This document shows, piece by piece, positions 20,529 through 29,538 of a stretch of 64,000 nucleotides of DNA. The position numbers were made by a program, and so were the translations under genes. Each line of letters begins with the position of its first letter. The stretch's first letter is position 1. Under the pieces are notes generated by a model. The model saw nothing but the letters and a program-made list of their open reading frames with translations. It was not told the DNA's origin and made no database searches. Source of the stretch: a virus (Duplodnaviria > Caudoviricetes). The stretch covers positions 1-64,000 of IMG/VR virus record IMGVR_UViG_3300028888_000085. One strand, given 5' to 3'.

Positions 20529-21692
20529 ATGACTCTTTTTAAGCGTAACCGCTTCAAACGAATTAACGAACGTAATAAACGTGTTCTTAAAAACGAATCC
20601 ATTGCGGATGATACACACAATCTGTGGTATTCATTCGCAGAAGAGCTCGAAAAAGGAATGGAAGAGCAAGGTGTCTATGTCGATATCTGGCTCAACGATA
20701 TGGGTTTTATGGAAGTGACCGAAGTCAATGAAGGCACGACCTGTGTCATATACGCCAAAACTTATCAGGATGGCGGTTTCATGTCACAGCAGCTTATGAT
20801 TGAGCGAGAGGACGGCAGCTTCCTTCCTGGTGAGAAGTTCGACACTGGTGAAATGCCTGATGCAGACCTGGTTGTTCCTGAACTTCAATGGCTTGAACCT
20901 CAGTATGCTGATGAATGCAATCGCGGCAAACGACGTACACGCCGTGAGTCTGTACGTACCGATTATGATGGTGGGTTTACTGACACAATGAAAGCAGTCG
21001 ATGCGATGCTTACCAAATATTACGATGACGGTCAGGTCGAAATTACGGTTACCGATAATGGAACCGCTATTGTTACCGTGTTTCCTAAATCAGGTGAAGA
21101 CGAAAGCATCACAATTCAGCTTGATTATGCTAACGATAAAGCCACTTTGAAGGACGATAAAGGCAACAAAAAGACCGTCAGTGTAGATGTGGACAAGCCT
21201 GAGTTCGACAAACTGGGTGACGGTATTATCGGCCTTGTTGATGCACAGCTCGGTAAAGGCAAAAAAGAGTCACGAAGAATGCGTCGTAATGAAGCAAGCA
21301 TGGCTGACATTGCTGATGATAAGGCTGCACAGCGTTATGCAGAGGTTGACCCGAAACATTGTTCCAAAGATGAATTTATGTCTCGTCTTAAAGTTGGTGA
21401 CTTGTTTGTTGGTCATCGTTGGGGTACGACATCTTATTTCAAAGTGACTGGTTTCCGTGGCGGACGTGTCGTTCTTTCGTCTATCGGGAAAACCGCATCA
21501 GGAAAACTTGTGCCTGGTGTAAGTGAACCATTGTTTGCACCAGACCCCACTAAAGCAGGAAGTGAAAAAGGTGCACATGCACAGCCAATCAAGAGTTACA
21601 GTGGCTGTGAACTTACCAGTCGTGAATGGTCCTTCGACATGTGGGATGGAAAGTGGAATTTCCATGACATTAACGGTGCTTTGGGTTTCTAG
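20529..21692 (+). CDS. Putative head-packaged polyprotein (3 modules)
   Basis: Leader ends KRVLKNES. Linkers ECNRGKRRTRRES and KGKKESRRMRRNEAS. Confidence 0.6.
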   Translation: MTLFKRNRFKRINERNKRVLKNESIADDTHNLWYSFAEELEKGMEEQGVYVDIWLNDMGFMEVTEVNEGTTCVIYAKTYQDGGFMSQQLMIEREDGSFLPGEKFDTGEMPDADLVVPELQWLEPQYADECNRGKRRTRRESVRTDYDGGFTDTMKAVDAMLTKYYDDGQVEITVTDNGTAIVTVFPKSGEDESITIQLDYANDKATLKDDKGNKKTVSVDVDKPEFDKLGDGIIGLVDAQLGKGKKESRRMRRNEASMADIADDKAAQRYAEVDPKHCSKDEFMSRLKVGDLFVGHRWGTTSYFKVTGFRGGRVVLSSIGKTASGKLVPGVSEPLFAPDPTKAGSEKGAHAQPIKSYSGCELTSREWSFDMWDGKWNFHDINGALGF

Positions 21693-21717
21693 TACGAGAT
21701 ACCATTATAGTTTGCTT

Positions 21718-21759
21718 AAAAACAAAGCCACCTCGTAAATCCGAGGTGGCTTTGTTTTT
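21718..21759. terminator. Bidirectional intrinsic terminator; ends the CRISPR-omegaRNA transcript on the minus strand
   Basis: AAAAACAAAGCCACCTCG-TAAATC-CGAGGTGGCTTTGTTTTT. Confidence 0.85.
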
Positions 21760-21772
21760 GACAGGCATTCCT

Positions 21773-21957
21773 GTAAGCCATCGGCATGAGAGCCGATGTA
21801 ATGCGTATTATCATTTACGATAACACGGCTTCCCCTTGACAAGGCATCAACTGAATTGGATGAACTGGGGAGGTATTCAAGCGTTTCATTAAAGTTGATG
21901 CGTAGCTCCGAAGAACTAAGTCTGTTCCCATCAGTGTGACATTTGGGACCTTTAGAG
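21773..21957 (-). ncRNA. omegaRNA/HEARO-like scaffold with anti-repeat, fused to the terminal CRISPR repeat (locus 1)
   Basis: Minus strand: anti-repeat AAATGTCACACTGATGGGAAC (21924-21944), CAGACTTAG, C-UUCG-G hairpin, CTACG, GCATCAAC/GTTGATGC stem, TCCCC...GGGGA pseudoknot, GGCTTAC. Collinear with 59514-59707. Confidence 0.8.
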
Positions 21958-22191
21958 GTATCACACCCGTTATAAATGCCATACCTACGAGACTCTTGCA
22001 TAACAAAACTTTTCTTGTAAAAAGTATCATACTCGTAATAAATGACATACCTCTGAGACCGCCTGTTGCTTGCTACGGTGGCGAGGTGCGTATAACACCC
22101 GTAATAAATGACATACCTCTGAGACCATGAGTCCACGTAAGCGACATTGACATTCGTATAACACCCGTAATAAATGTCACACCTCTAAGAC
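21958..22191 (-). CRISPR. Mini CRISPR array: four 36-bp repeats, three 30-bp spacers
   Basis: Repeats at 21958-21993, 22024-22059, 22090-22125, 22156-22191 (exact 66-bp period). Minus-strand consensus GTCTCAGAGGTATGTCATTTATTACGGGTGTTATAC. Spacers are unrelated to each other. Confidence 0.92.
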
Positions 22192-23289
22192 AGCATCATG
22201 TAGCGGGAAGAAGTTAGGTATTGGTTTTTTTCCAAGTTCTATTGCTACGGCCCCATCACGGAGTAAATCAAGGCATCGTGCATACCCTGTTTTGTATGTG
22301 AAGTCTTTTGGGTATCCGTAAGGTCGTAGTGAATGCATGAAGTTGTGCAGAGCTGCACAGTCAACTTCGTTGTTTCCTTTTCCTTCATTCGGAAAGATTC
22401 CGCCATCAATCAACGATACACGGATGTCCCAACCATAATCTGCGTTTCGTGTATGCTTGTTGTATCGTGTGATGTGGACGTGTGGCGGAATTTCTTTATT
22501 CTCATGTGACATGCACACATAGAGTTCATACGTATAATCTCCCGATATATCGAGATTCCCAACCAAAGCACGTCCACATCCTGCTCCGATTTCGCATTGC
22601 GGTAAGTGTTTTTCGATGGTTGTTCTGTATGTGGCATCGAAATCTGAAAGAACTTTGTACACCTCGTTACGCTCTCGTGAAACCAAGTCACATGTTTGAC
22701 AGAACATTTTCGTGATGGCAGCCCATAACGGTTGCTGTTTATCCTCTTTCGTTGCATTCGTTATACGAAGAATTTCCGCATCTTCTTGCTGTGATACACA
22801 GTTGAGTGAATGTACGTATTTCAGGATTTTTCTGGTGCTTTCCGCGTTTTTTCTGTGTGCCGAAATACAAAGTAATATCAGACGAACAAGCCATTCCGAA
22901 GCGGCGTTTTCTTTGATGAAATCCAGACTTTTAGCAGGGATACAATGGAACAGTTCGTCATAGAGTGCATACACGTCAAAGAGTTCCATTATGGCCTGTG
23001 GAGTACGTGGTTTTTCGCTATCGTTGTACCGTGCGTAAGACTCGTTAAATAGCCGGTCAAGAAATGGTTTTAGCTTGTCTTTCGTATAGACGTGTACGGT
23101 TTTGTCGTCAAAGTCGATTCCGAACTCACGGCATACCTCGTTAGACAATTTGAGTCTTTGCCATTCGTCCGGGTATTTCGTTGTCGGATGTGTAAAGTGT
23201 TCTGCTATGTCCATCGAAAGAATGTACGTAGTGTCGTTTAACAGTACCCCTCGGATACCTCTAATTCTGAATGGAATTTGTTTACTCAT
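22177..23289 (-). CDS. Hypothetical protein with a C-terminal DUF4160-like motif
   Basis: AAGGA RBS before MSKQIPF. Motif HENKEIPPHVHI. Stop codon lies inside the first CRISPR repeat. Confidence 0.6.
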   Translation of the reverse strand: MSKQIPFRIRGIRGVLLNDTTYILSMDIAEHFTHPTTKYPDEWQRLKLSNEVCREFGIDFDDKTVHVYTKDKLKPFLDRLFNESYARYNDSEKPRTPQAIMELFDVYALYDELFHCIPAKSLDFIKENAASEWLVRLILLCISAHRKNAESTRKILKYVHSLNCVSQQEDAEILRITNATKEDKQQPLWAAITKMFCQTCDLVSRERNEVYKVLSDFDATYRTTIEKHLPQCEIGAGCGRALVGNLDISGDYTYELYVCMSHENKEIPPHVHITRYNKHTRNADYGWDIRVSLIDGGIFPNEGKGNNEVDCAALHNFMHSLRPYGYPKDFTYKTGYARCLDLLRDGAVAIELGKKPIPNFFPLHDAVLEV

Positions 23290-23305
23290 GGTTTGTTCCT
23301 TATGT

Positions 23306-23812
23306 TTATTGTTCCCACTGGAAGTTAAAAGTAGTTGTCGGTCTTGTGTACGATTCGTATCCTGCCCATTTCGCATCACGGAATATGTGGTTATAAACCG
23401 AGGGGCCGAATCGACCGTAAGGGTCTGAGTAGGAAGCCCCTTGTTCCGTTTTGTTCACGAATTGAAGTTCCTGCACTGTCTGTCTGAAATACGGTTTTCC
23501 AGTCTCAACATCACGTACTACCACGTCCATTCTTGCTTTGTTGTCGTGTTTCAGGGTTTCGGTGAACATCCTTAATGCCGCTGTCCAGTTTTCCGATGTG
23601 AAAATGACCGTCATGTGGACCATTTCGACAACTTCATAGACCATGAAACACGGCTCGTTTCCGTGTCGCTTTTTTACTTCTTCAAGATACGTTTTACTGT
23701 CCGGGCAGGACTCGGCAAATGCTTTTTCTTTTTCGAGCATTTGCTTCATTCTCTCTCGCAGTTCTGAAAGAGATTCTTCTGTTTCAGGTTGATTCGTTTG
23801 TTTTCGTTTCAT
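23306..23812 (-). CDS. Hypothetical protein
   Basis: AAGGAG RBS; tiles the operon. Confidence 0.75.
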   Translation of the reverse strand: MKRKQTNQPETEESLSELRERMKQMLEKEKAFAESCPDSKTYLEEVKKRHGNEPCFMVYEVVEMVHMTVIFTSENWTAALRMFTETLKHDNKARMDVVVRDVETGKPYFRQTVQELQFVNKTEQGASYSDPYGRFGPSVYNHIFRDAKWAGYESYTRPTTTFNFQWEQ

Positions 23813-23832
23813 TTACGTTTTCTCCTTTTACC

Positions 23833-24291
23833 CTACCTGTCTCCATAGTTCTCGTATAATGGCAGTATGTGTGCTTCATCGTATGCAAGCTCAGCGTGGA
23901 ATCTGGGTACATTCTCTTCAAGCCATTTACATGCTTCTTCCTTTGTGGTTATGTCCGGAAATTCCATGTCAAGGTAGTCGCAGATTGTTTGGATGTACCT
24001 TCCTTGCTTGTAGGTCATCGGTTCGTCATCGTGCATCCTGCCTTTGACTTTTGTTGCGAATGGAAAGTTAAACTCAAATTTGTCTTTTATGTCTATCATG
24101 CTTGCCTCCATGTCTGTTAAGAAAGCGACTCTACTGTAACATGGGTGTGCATCTGTTCGTCGTATCAGCACCACGTTTTTATGTCTGTATTTACGTATTC
24201 TTTTTCTATCGAATAAGAATGTGCCTAAAATCGTACCGGTTTCTGGCTGTTTTCGTTTAGTTGGGGTTATCTTATGATTCATTTGCATCAC
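23833..24291 (-). CDS. Hypothetical protein
   Basis: 152-aa ORF with a TxKQxxYI...TKEEA motif. Confidence 0.7.
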   Translation of the reverse strand: MMQMNHKITPTKRKQPETGTILGTFLFDRKRIRKYRHKNVVLIRRTDAHPCYSRVAFLTDMEASMIDIKDKFEFNFPFATKVKGRMHDDEPMTYKQGRYIQTICDYLDMEFPDITTKEEACKWLEENVPRFHAELAYDEAHILPLYENYGDR

Positions 24292-24462
24292 GGTTCATGC
24301 TTGAAAGAAAATCCAGAAACTGCTTTGCATGAATGCAGATTATCAAGACGCAGCCATGCTTTACCGAAATGTACGGTATAAGTAACACTTTTTAATATCT
24401 AATGTTATGGAGACTTATGCGCAAGCATATTTATGCCATTTTCTTTTGTTATGGAGAAGACC

Positions 24463-25995
24463 ATGCCTGAACAGACACTTACGACGAAACGTCTTGTCAC
24501 GGAATCGCTCGTGAGCGAGATGCGGCGTGTTGACGAGAAAGGTTCTGGTGGTAAACCTTCAAATGCCTTGTGCATTGTGGAAGGCCCGTGCATGGAGTTC
24601 GGGAAGGTCAACCAGAACAACCGCATCTACTCACGAAAGCTGATTGAGGACAGGATAATCAATTATCCGCCGGTCAAAGAGGCCATTAAGAATAAGTGTA
24701 TGCTTGGCGAGGGTGGACATCCAGAAACACGTGTTGACATCGCATACCCTGAGGTTGCTTTGTCTGTGGAACGTATCTGGATTCCTGAGAACAGCGACCA
24801 TCTTGTTTTTGGCAGATTCGCTATTCTTGACACGCCGGTAGGACGTATTCTGAAAACGCTTATTGATTACGGCAGCAAAATCGGTATTTCCGCACGTGCT
24901 CTTGCTGAAAGTAAAATGGAAGGAAACACTGAGGTGATGTCGGAAACTGAGTACGACTTAATCACGTTCGATGCAGTTCCAGACCCTGGGTTTAAGTGCG
25001 CACATCTTGAAAAGGTGCAGGAAAACAAATCGCTTGAGTCTATGACGACAAACGAGCTGCGAAGTAATGTGGCTGCCCTGTCTGCATTAAAGATTCCTGC
25101 CTTTGAAAGCCGTATGCGTGATATGGCACAGGAACTTGAAAAACGCACAGATGATGCCGTTAATTCTGTTATCCGTAAGAGTAATGGTGTGAACGCACTT
25201 ACTCTGAACCGAAAGGATGAAACCAACCGTAACCCGAAAAAACTCAGTATTGAAGCTATTATGTCTTCGTCTGATAAAAGTACGGATGATTACGGTTCAT
25301 GTAAAGCCTTCGAGTCTGTATCGCACGAGTTTGCACAGGAAACAGACGGTATGCGTATAGCCCGTATGGAGCAGGATATTGATGCTTATCGTGAAACCAT
25401 TGAGACGCTCACTGAAAAGGTTGAAACTTTACAGGCAAATGAAGCGTTCTTGAAGCGTAGTAACGAAAGTTTGCGTTCCGGTATTGAGAAGGACATTTAT
25501 CAGGCACGTTACCTCGAACAGTATTCAGAGCTTGCATGTAAAGCCGAATCGCTGGCACGTAAACTTGACTCTCTCTACAAGCGTTCACAGTGTATCGTCA
25601 AACGTGTAAATGAGTCTTCTTTACAGAAAGTTTCCGTTAAGAAAACGGAGGAAGCTGTCGAATCTGTTTCGACGGGTAAGATTAGACGTACCCGTTTTGA
25701 CCATAAACAGATGAAGACGGAAGCTGTAAACAATAAAAAACAAAGTCATCGTGTGCCCGTAAGTGACCTTATGTCTGATGAAGGTAAAGGTTGTATTCAA
25801 GAGACAACACAGCGTCTATCGAAACGATACAGGATAGACGCTGACCGACTTACGGAGCTTGCGGATAACAATGCAGTAACTAAAGGAAACGGCAAGTCTT
25901 ACGAAAGACGTGTTCGCAGTATATCTAACTTTGAGCGTGATGTTCACGAAATAGCCCCTGCCCGAGGGGTGTTCCTTACCGGTAAAGGGAAATGA
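24463..25995 (+). CDS. Prohead core protease (T4 gp21-like) fused to a coiled-coil scaffold-like region
   Basis: NQNNRIYS, LGEGGHPE, LDTPVGRIL, GISARA and ITFDAVPDPG match gp21-family motifs. About 300 aa of helical C-terminal extension. Confidence 0.9.
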   Translation: MPEQTLTTKRLVTESLVSEMRRVDEKGSGGKPSNALCIVEGPCMEFGKVNQNNRIYSRKLIEDRIINYPPVKEAIKNKCMLGEGGHPETRVDIAYPEVALSVERIWIPENSDHLVFGRFAILDTPVGRILKTLIDYGSKIGISARALAESKMEGNTEVMSETEYDLITFDAVPDPGFKCAHLEKVQENKSLESMTTNELRSNVAALSALKIPAFESRMRDMAQELEKRTDDAVNSVIRKSNGVNALTLNRKDETNRNPKKLSIEAIMSSSDKSTDDYGSCKAFESVSHEFAQETDGMRIARMEQDIDAYRETIETLTEKVETLQANEAFLKRSNESLRSGIEKDIYQARYLEQYSELACKAESLARKLDSLYKRSQCIVKRVNESSLQKVSVKKTEEAVESVSTGKIRRTRFDHKQMKTEAVNNKKQSHRVPVSDLMSDEGKGCIQETTQRLSKRYRIDADRLTELADNNAVTKGNGKSYERRVRSISNFERDVHEIAPARGVFLTGKGK

Positions 25996-26008
25996 AAGGA
26001 GAGTTTTT

Positions 26009-27466
26009 ATGGCAGTTTTGACTAAAGAAGATCGTAACATTCTCAAACGCAATTATGAATCCTACGTTAAGAAGGTCACTGATGTTCGTGGTAAACTTAC
26101 CCCGGCACAGGAAGACACCCTTCTTTTGACCTTCAACAACGCCGCCCGCGTTCTTGAAGAGGGTCAGAAACGTGTGAACGAAGGAATCATCCGCAGCGGT
26201 ATTTCGCAGCCGTCCGGAATTTCTTGGTTCCCCGAACACATGATTAACATGATTGCCAAGATGAGTGCTTCATCGATTATTGAAGACCTTATTTGGGTGC
26301 AGCCCATCGACAGTCCTCAGGGTCAGATTACTTTCTGGGAAATGACCTATGGTGACAGCCGTGGTGACAATCTCCAGGGCAATGTGATGATTAACGACAT
26401 GGGTGTTTCCATCAATCACACAAGCCGCAACCGTTTTGCTTCTGGTCGCATCTGTGGTGAACCCGCTACGCTCAAGAGCGGAAAAGTCGAATTGCATGTT
26501 GCACACATGCCGATGCTCATTGATGCAGACAACCAGATTATCTTCACGGATGCAGGTGATTCGAGCAAACGTTATGCACTTCGCAAAACCGGCACGAGCA
26601 CATGGGAACTTCGTGCTCTGGATGCTCAGGGTTATCCTATCGGCAGTGACCTTCTCAAGGCCAACACCATCGAAGTTAATCCGGACAGCGGTCTTGTGAT
26701 GTTCGAGTCCACGAATGAGGCTTTTGCCGCACTCTCCAGTGTGTTCGTTGATTACACTCAGGATTTGGGTTCTGCTCCTTCTCTGGCGGGTCGCCCTGTG
26801 TTCCGTATGAGAAACGAACCGATTCATGCTCTTCCGCACAAACTGCGTGTTGAGTATTCGTTCGATGCAGGTTACATGTATCAGAACAGTTTCGGTATTG
26901 ACCTTCAGAAGACCCTTATCGACAACTGCACGATGGAAATGAAACAGGAGCGTGACAATGAGGTTATTGACAACCTTCTGCGTCAGGCAGGAAACCATGT
27001 GATGTGGGACAGAACGAATACCAATTACATTTCACAGCGTGAACATGATGAGAGCTTCTGCGGACATCTTCAGGCTTGCTCCAATAAGATTTACCAGAAG
27101 AGCTACAAATTCCGTGGTAACTGGGCGGTTGTCGGTATTGAAGGTCTCAACGTTCTTATGAACATTGGTCGTCCTCGTTTCGAGCCGAACTATGTTGAGA
27201 ATCCTAACGGTCCATACGTTGCAGGTGTTCTTGACAATTCACTCAAGGTCATTTGTTCACCTTATATTCGTGAAAACGAGTACTTAGTAGGGCACAAAAG
27301 TATATTAGAGAACAGTTGTGCACTGCTCGCAGATTACCTCCCAATCATGCATACGGACTGGTTGACTAGAAATACGTTCACTGTTGAGTCTGGATTCATC
27401 AGCATGTGGGCTTATAAGATGCTCCGTCCTGAACTCCTCGTTCGTGGTGAAATCAAGGGTTATTAG
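26009..27466 (+). CDS. Major capsid protein (T4 gp23-like)
   Basis: DLIWVQPIDSPQGQITF and KLRVEYSFD...FGIDLQ...EMKQERDNEVI parallel gp23 motifs. Follows the protease; strong terminator downstream. Confidence 0.9.
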   Translation: MAVLTKEDRNILKRNYESYVKKVTDVRGKLTPAQEDTLLLTFNNAARVLEEGQKRVNEGIIRSGISQPSGISWFPEHMINMIAKMSASSIIEDLIWVQPIDSPQGQITFWEMTYGDSRGDNLQGNVMINDMGVSINHTSRNRFASGRICGEPATLKSGKVELHVAHMPMLIDADNQIIFTDAGDSSKRYALRKTGTSTWELRALDAQGYPIGSDLLKANTIEVNPDSGLVMFESTNEAFAALSSVFVDYTQDLGSAPSLAGRPVFRMRNEPIHALPHKLRVEYSFDAGYMYQNSFGIDLQKTLIDNCTMEMKQERDNEVIDNLLRQAGNHVMWDRTNTNYISQREHDESFCGHLQACSNKIYQKSYKFRGNWAVVGIEGLNVLMNIGRPRFEPNYVENPNGPYVAGVLDNSLKVICSPYIRENEYLVGHKSILENSCALLADYLPIMHTDWLTRNTFTVESGFISMWAYKMLRPELLVRGEIKGY

Positions 27467-27487
27467 TTCAGTAACTTTTGTTCAGTG

Positions 27488-27527
27488 AAAAGAAAAGACG
27501 CTCCCTTTCGAGCGTCTTTTCTTTTTT
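27488..27527 (+). terminator. Intrinsic terminator after the capsid gene
   Basis: AAAAGAAAAGACGCTC-CCTTTC-GAGCGTCTTTTCTTTT. Confidence 0.85.
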
Positions 27528-27658
27528 ATTTTCAACGCTTTTCAGTATTTTGTTCACGTTTTACTTTAATTTTTCTGTGAATAATCTTCTTTATCGAAGT
27601 ATCATATCCATGTAAAGTCTTTTGTAGCAATGGGTTTTGCTCTTGGTGGAGAGATTAG

Positions 27659-29512
27659 ATGCCGACAGTGACCAAGAAAATCGTAGGTGAAGTATTTGGA
27701 GACCTTACCATCATAGGTGAGAATCGTGAGCAGCGTGCATTAAGGGCAGTATGTCGATGTGTATGTGGAAATGAGTATCTGGTGCAGTACAACCGTCTTG
27801 TAAAGGGCGGAATAACCTGTTGTATGGAATGTAAGAAGAAAGCGTCCAAGATTTCTGAGCGTGATAGACGTGATGAGAGGAACCGACTTTACAAGGAAGC
27901 TGATACAATACAGCCTTCAAAAGGCGATGTGTTCTGGAACTTTACGGTTGTTCGTCCCATTGATGACCCAACGACTGGTGGTCGGTGCAGATACGTGTTT
28001 CGGTGTCGGTGCGGTAATTGCCGTATTGAACATCTGAACTCTGTTGTGTCCGGCAGGATAAAGTCATGTGGATGTCTTAAACGCAACCAGTTTAGTGATG
28101 ATGTGAATGCTTCTGATGTACCTGCCGGAAGTACAAGTCATACGCTTGTCTTTACAGGGGAGACGAAATCAGAGGGTTATGGTGATGATGCTTTGCGCTT
28201 TTATCGCTGCACATGTTCTCTCTGTGGTATGTCTTCATGGTACTCAAAAAGGCTTTTTAAGCAGGGGTGTGCTAAATGTGATTGTGAACGACTCCAAGAA
28301 CGCAGAAGACACTTTATTGAAGTCCTAAAGAAGTACCGTGTCAGGAAGTACCCAAAATATAACCGTGAAGAACTTGTAAAGGGTATGCGTTATGGAAATC
28401 TTACCGTCATAAAGAGAACGGAAAATCCACCCAAGAATGAATCGTCCTTATGGTATGACTGCATGTGTGACTGTGGAAACACTGTATCTGTGAGTAAGAA
28501 ATCACTTCTTAATGGTATGGTGCGTTCGTGCGGATGCCTTTCTACGGATAATTTCGATGAACCTGGTGAATCCACTGACTTGGTTGTAAGACCAGAAGGA
28601 GTTCCGGCTCTATGCATTGCACATAAACAACGTACATCCATAACGCTGTCCTCTTATGGTGTTAAGTTCAATGAAACAGCAGGGATGCGTTTGCATTCTC
28701 TTATGTCTTCATCTGTAAACAGAATTAAGTTTCCTGTAGCCGATTATCCCTCATACGGTACTGTTTCATCTGGTGAAGACGTAACGATGAAATCCGTTAT
28801 TCGGTGTTTTTCTCCGACATTTTACTCTCTGCTGTATGAGCGTGCTTCATCTGATTCGTCTGATGGTCAGTATGACTTCAAGGTGATGGATTATATAAAG
28901 ACGAACGAGGAGTTTCTTTCCAGGATAGATTACAGTCCGTTTGTTGAGCATCTTATGCCGTGCGATTACAAAGATGAGCTGTTTATGTACGTTGAATGTG
29001 TGTGTGCATACCTGTGCTTACGGTTCGATGCACGTCTTTTGCTTTCACGTAAAGTTCGTTGCAAGCCTCCTGTGCTTACCCTGCGTGTGTTCCCAACGGT
29101 ATCCAACTTTCGATTTACGGACAGATTATTCCATGATTTCCTGACCTGGTTTTGTTCGTCATTCGTTCGTAAAACCACGTCTGAAGATTCATATCGGTTT
29201 GTTGTCGAATTGACGATGCCTGAGGTATGGTTTTCAGATGTTACATGTATGCATCCTTCTGAGCGTAAAGCGGCTATCCGCAAATATCCTGTATGGCTTA
29301 GAAATGACTGCATTGTTCGTGAACGTGTGTTTTCACATGTGGGATTTTCCCTTCGTTCCTTGCTTGCCCTTATGTACCCTGAAGTGCACGAGTTTTATGT
29401 ACGGACATCTCCGGCATGTGAGGTGTGCCTTCGCATGATGAGCAGACTTGGCTTTGTCGTATCTGATGAAATTCCTTGTGCTTCTTTTACGTATGAATAT
29501 CAAACTCGCTAA
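27659..29512 (+). CDS. Cys-rich protein with repeated CxCxCG...SCGC modules (homing-endonuclease-associated DNA-binding type)
   Basis: Three to four repeats of FG/YG-xLT...CxCxCGN...G..SCGC. No obvious HNH catalytic core. Confidence 0.6.
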   Translation: MPTVTKKIVGEVFGDLTIIGENREQRALRAVCRCVCGNEYLVQYNRLVKGGITCCMECKKKASKISERDRRDERNRLYKEADTIQPSKGDVFWNFTVVRPIDDPTTGGRCRYVFRCRCGNCRIEHLNSVVSGRIKSCGCLKRNQFSDDVNASDVPAGSTSHTLVFTGETKSEGYGDDALRFYRCTCSLCGMSSWYSKRLFKQGCAKCDCERLQERRRHFIEVLKKYRVRKYPKYNREELVKGMRYGNLTVIKRTENPPKNESSLWYDCMCDCGNTVSVSKKSLLNGMVRSCGCLSTDNFDEPGESTDLVVRPEGVPALCIAHKQRTSITLSSYGVKFNETAGMRLHSLMSSSVNRIKFPVADYPSYGTVSSGEDVTMKSVIRCFSPTFYSLLYERASSDSSDGQYDFKVMDYIKTNEEFLSRIDYSPFVEHLMPCDYKDELFMYVECVCAYLCLRFDARLLLSRKVRCKPPVLTLRVFPTVSNFRFTDRLFHDFLTWFCSSFVRKTTSEDSYRFVVELTMPEVWFSDVTCMHPSERKAAIRKYPVWLRNDCIVRERVFSHVGFSLRSLLALMYPEVHEFYVRTSPACEVCLRMMSRLGFVVSDEIPCASFTYEYQTR

Positions 29513-29538
29513 CGTTTTCCTGCTTTGTGGAGGTTTTT

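Noticed and set aside
21705-22136. 143-aa minus-strand ORF with repeated SQRYVIYY, and overlapping short ORFs
   Set aside because: These are translations of the CRISPR repeats and RNA scaffold, not credible genes.
22177-23289. Gene adjacent to the array as the Cas/IscB effector
   Set aside because: No PLMP, RuvC, bridge helix or HNH motifs are visible; only a DUF4160-like PPHVH motif.
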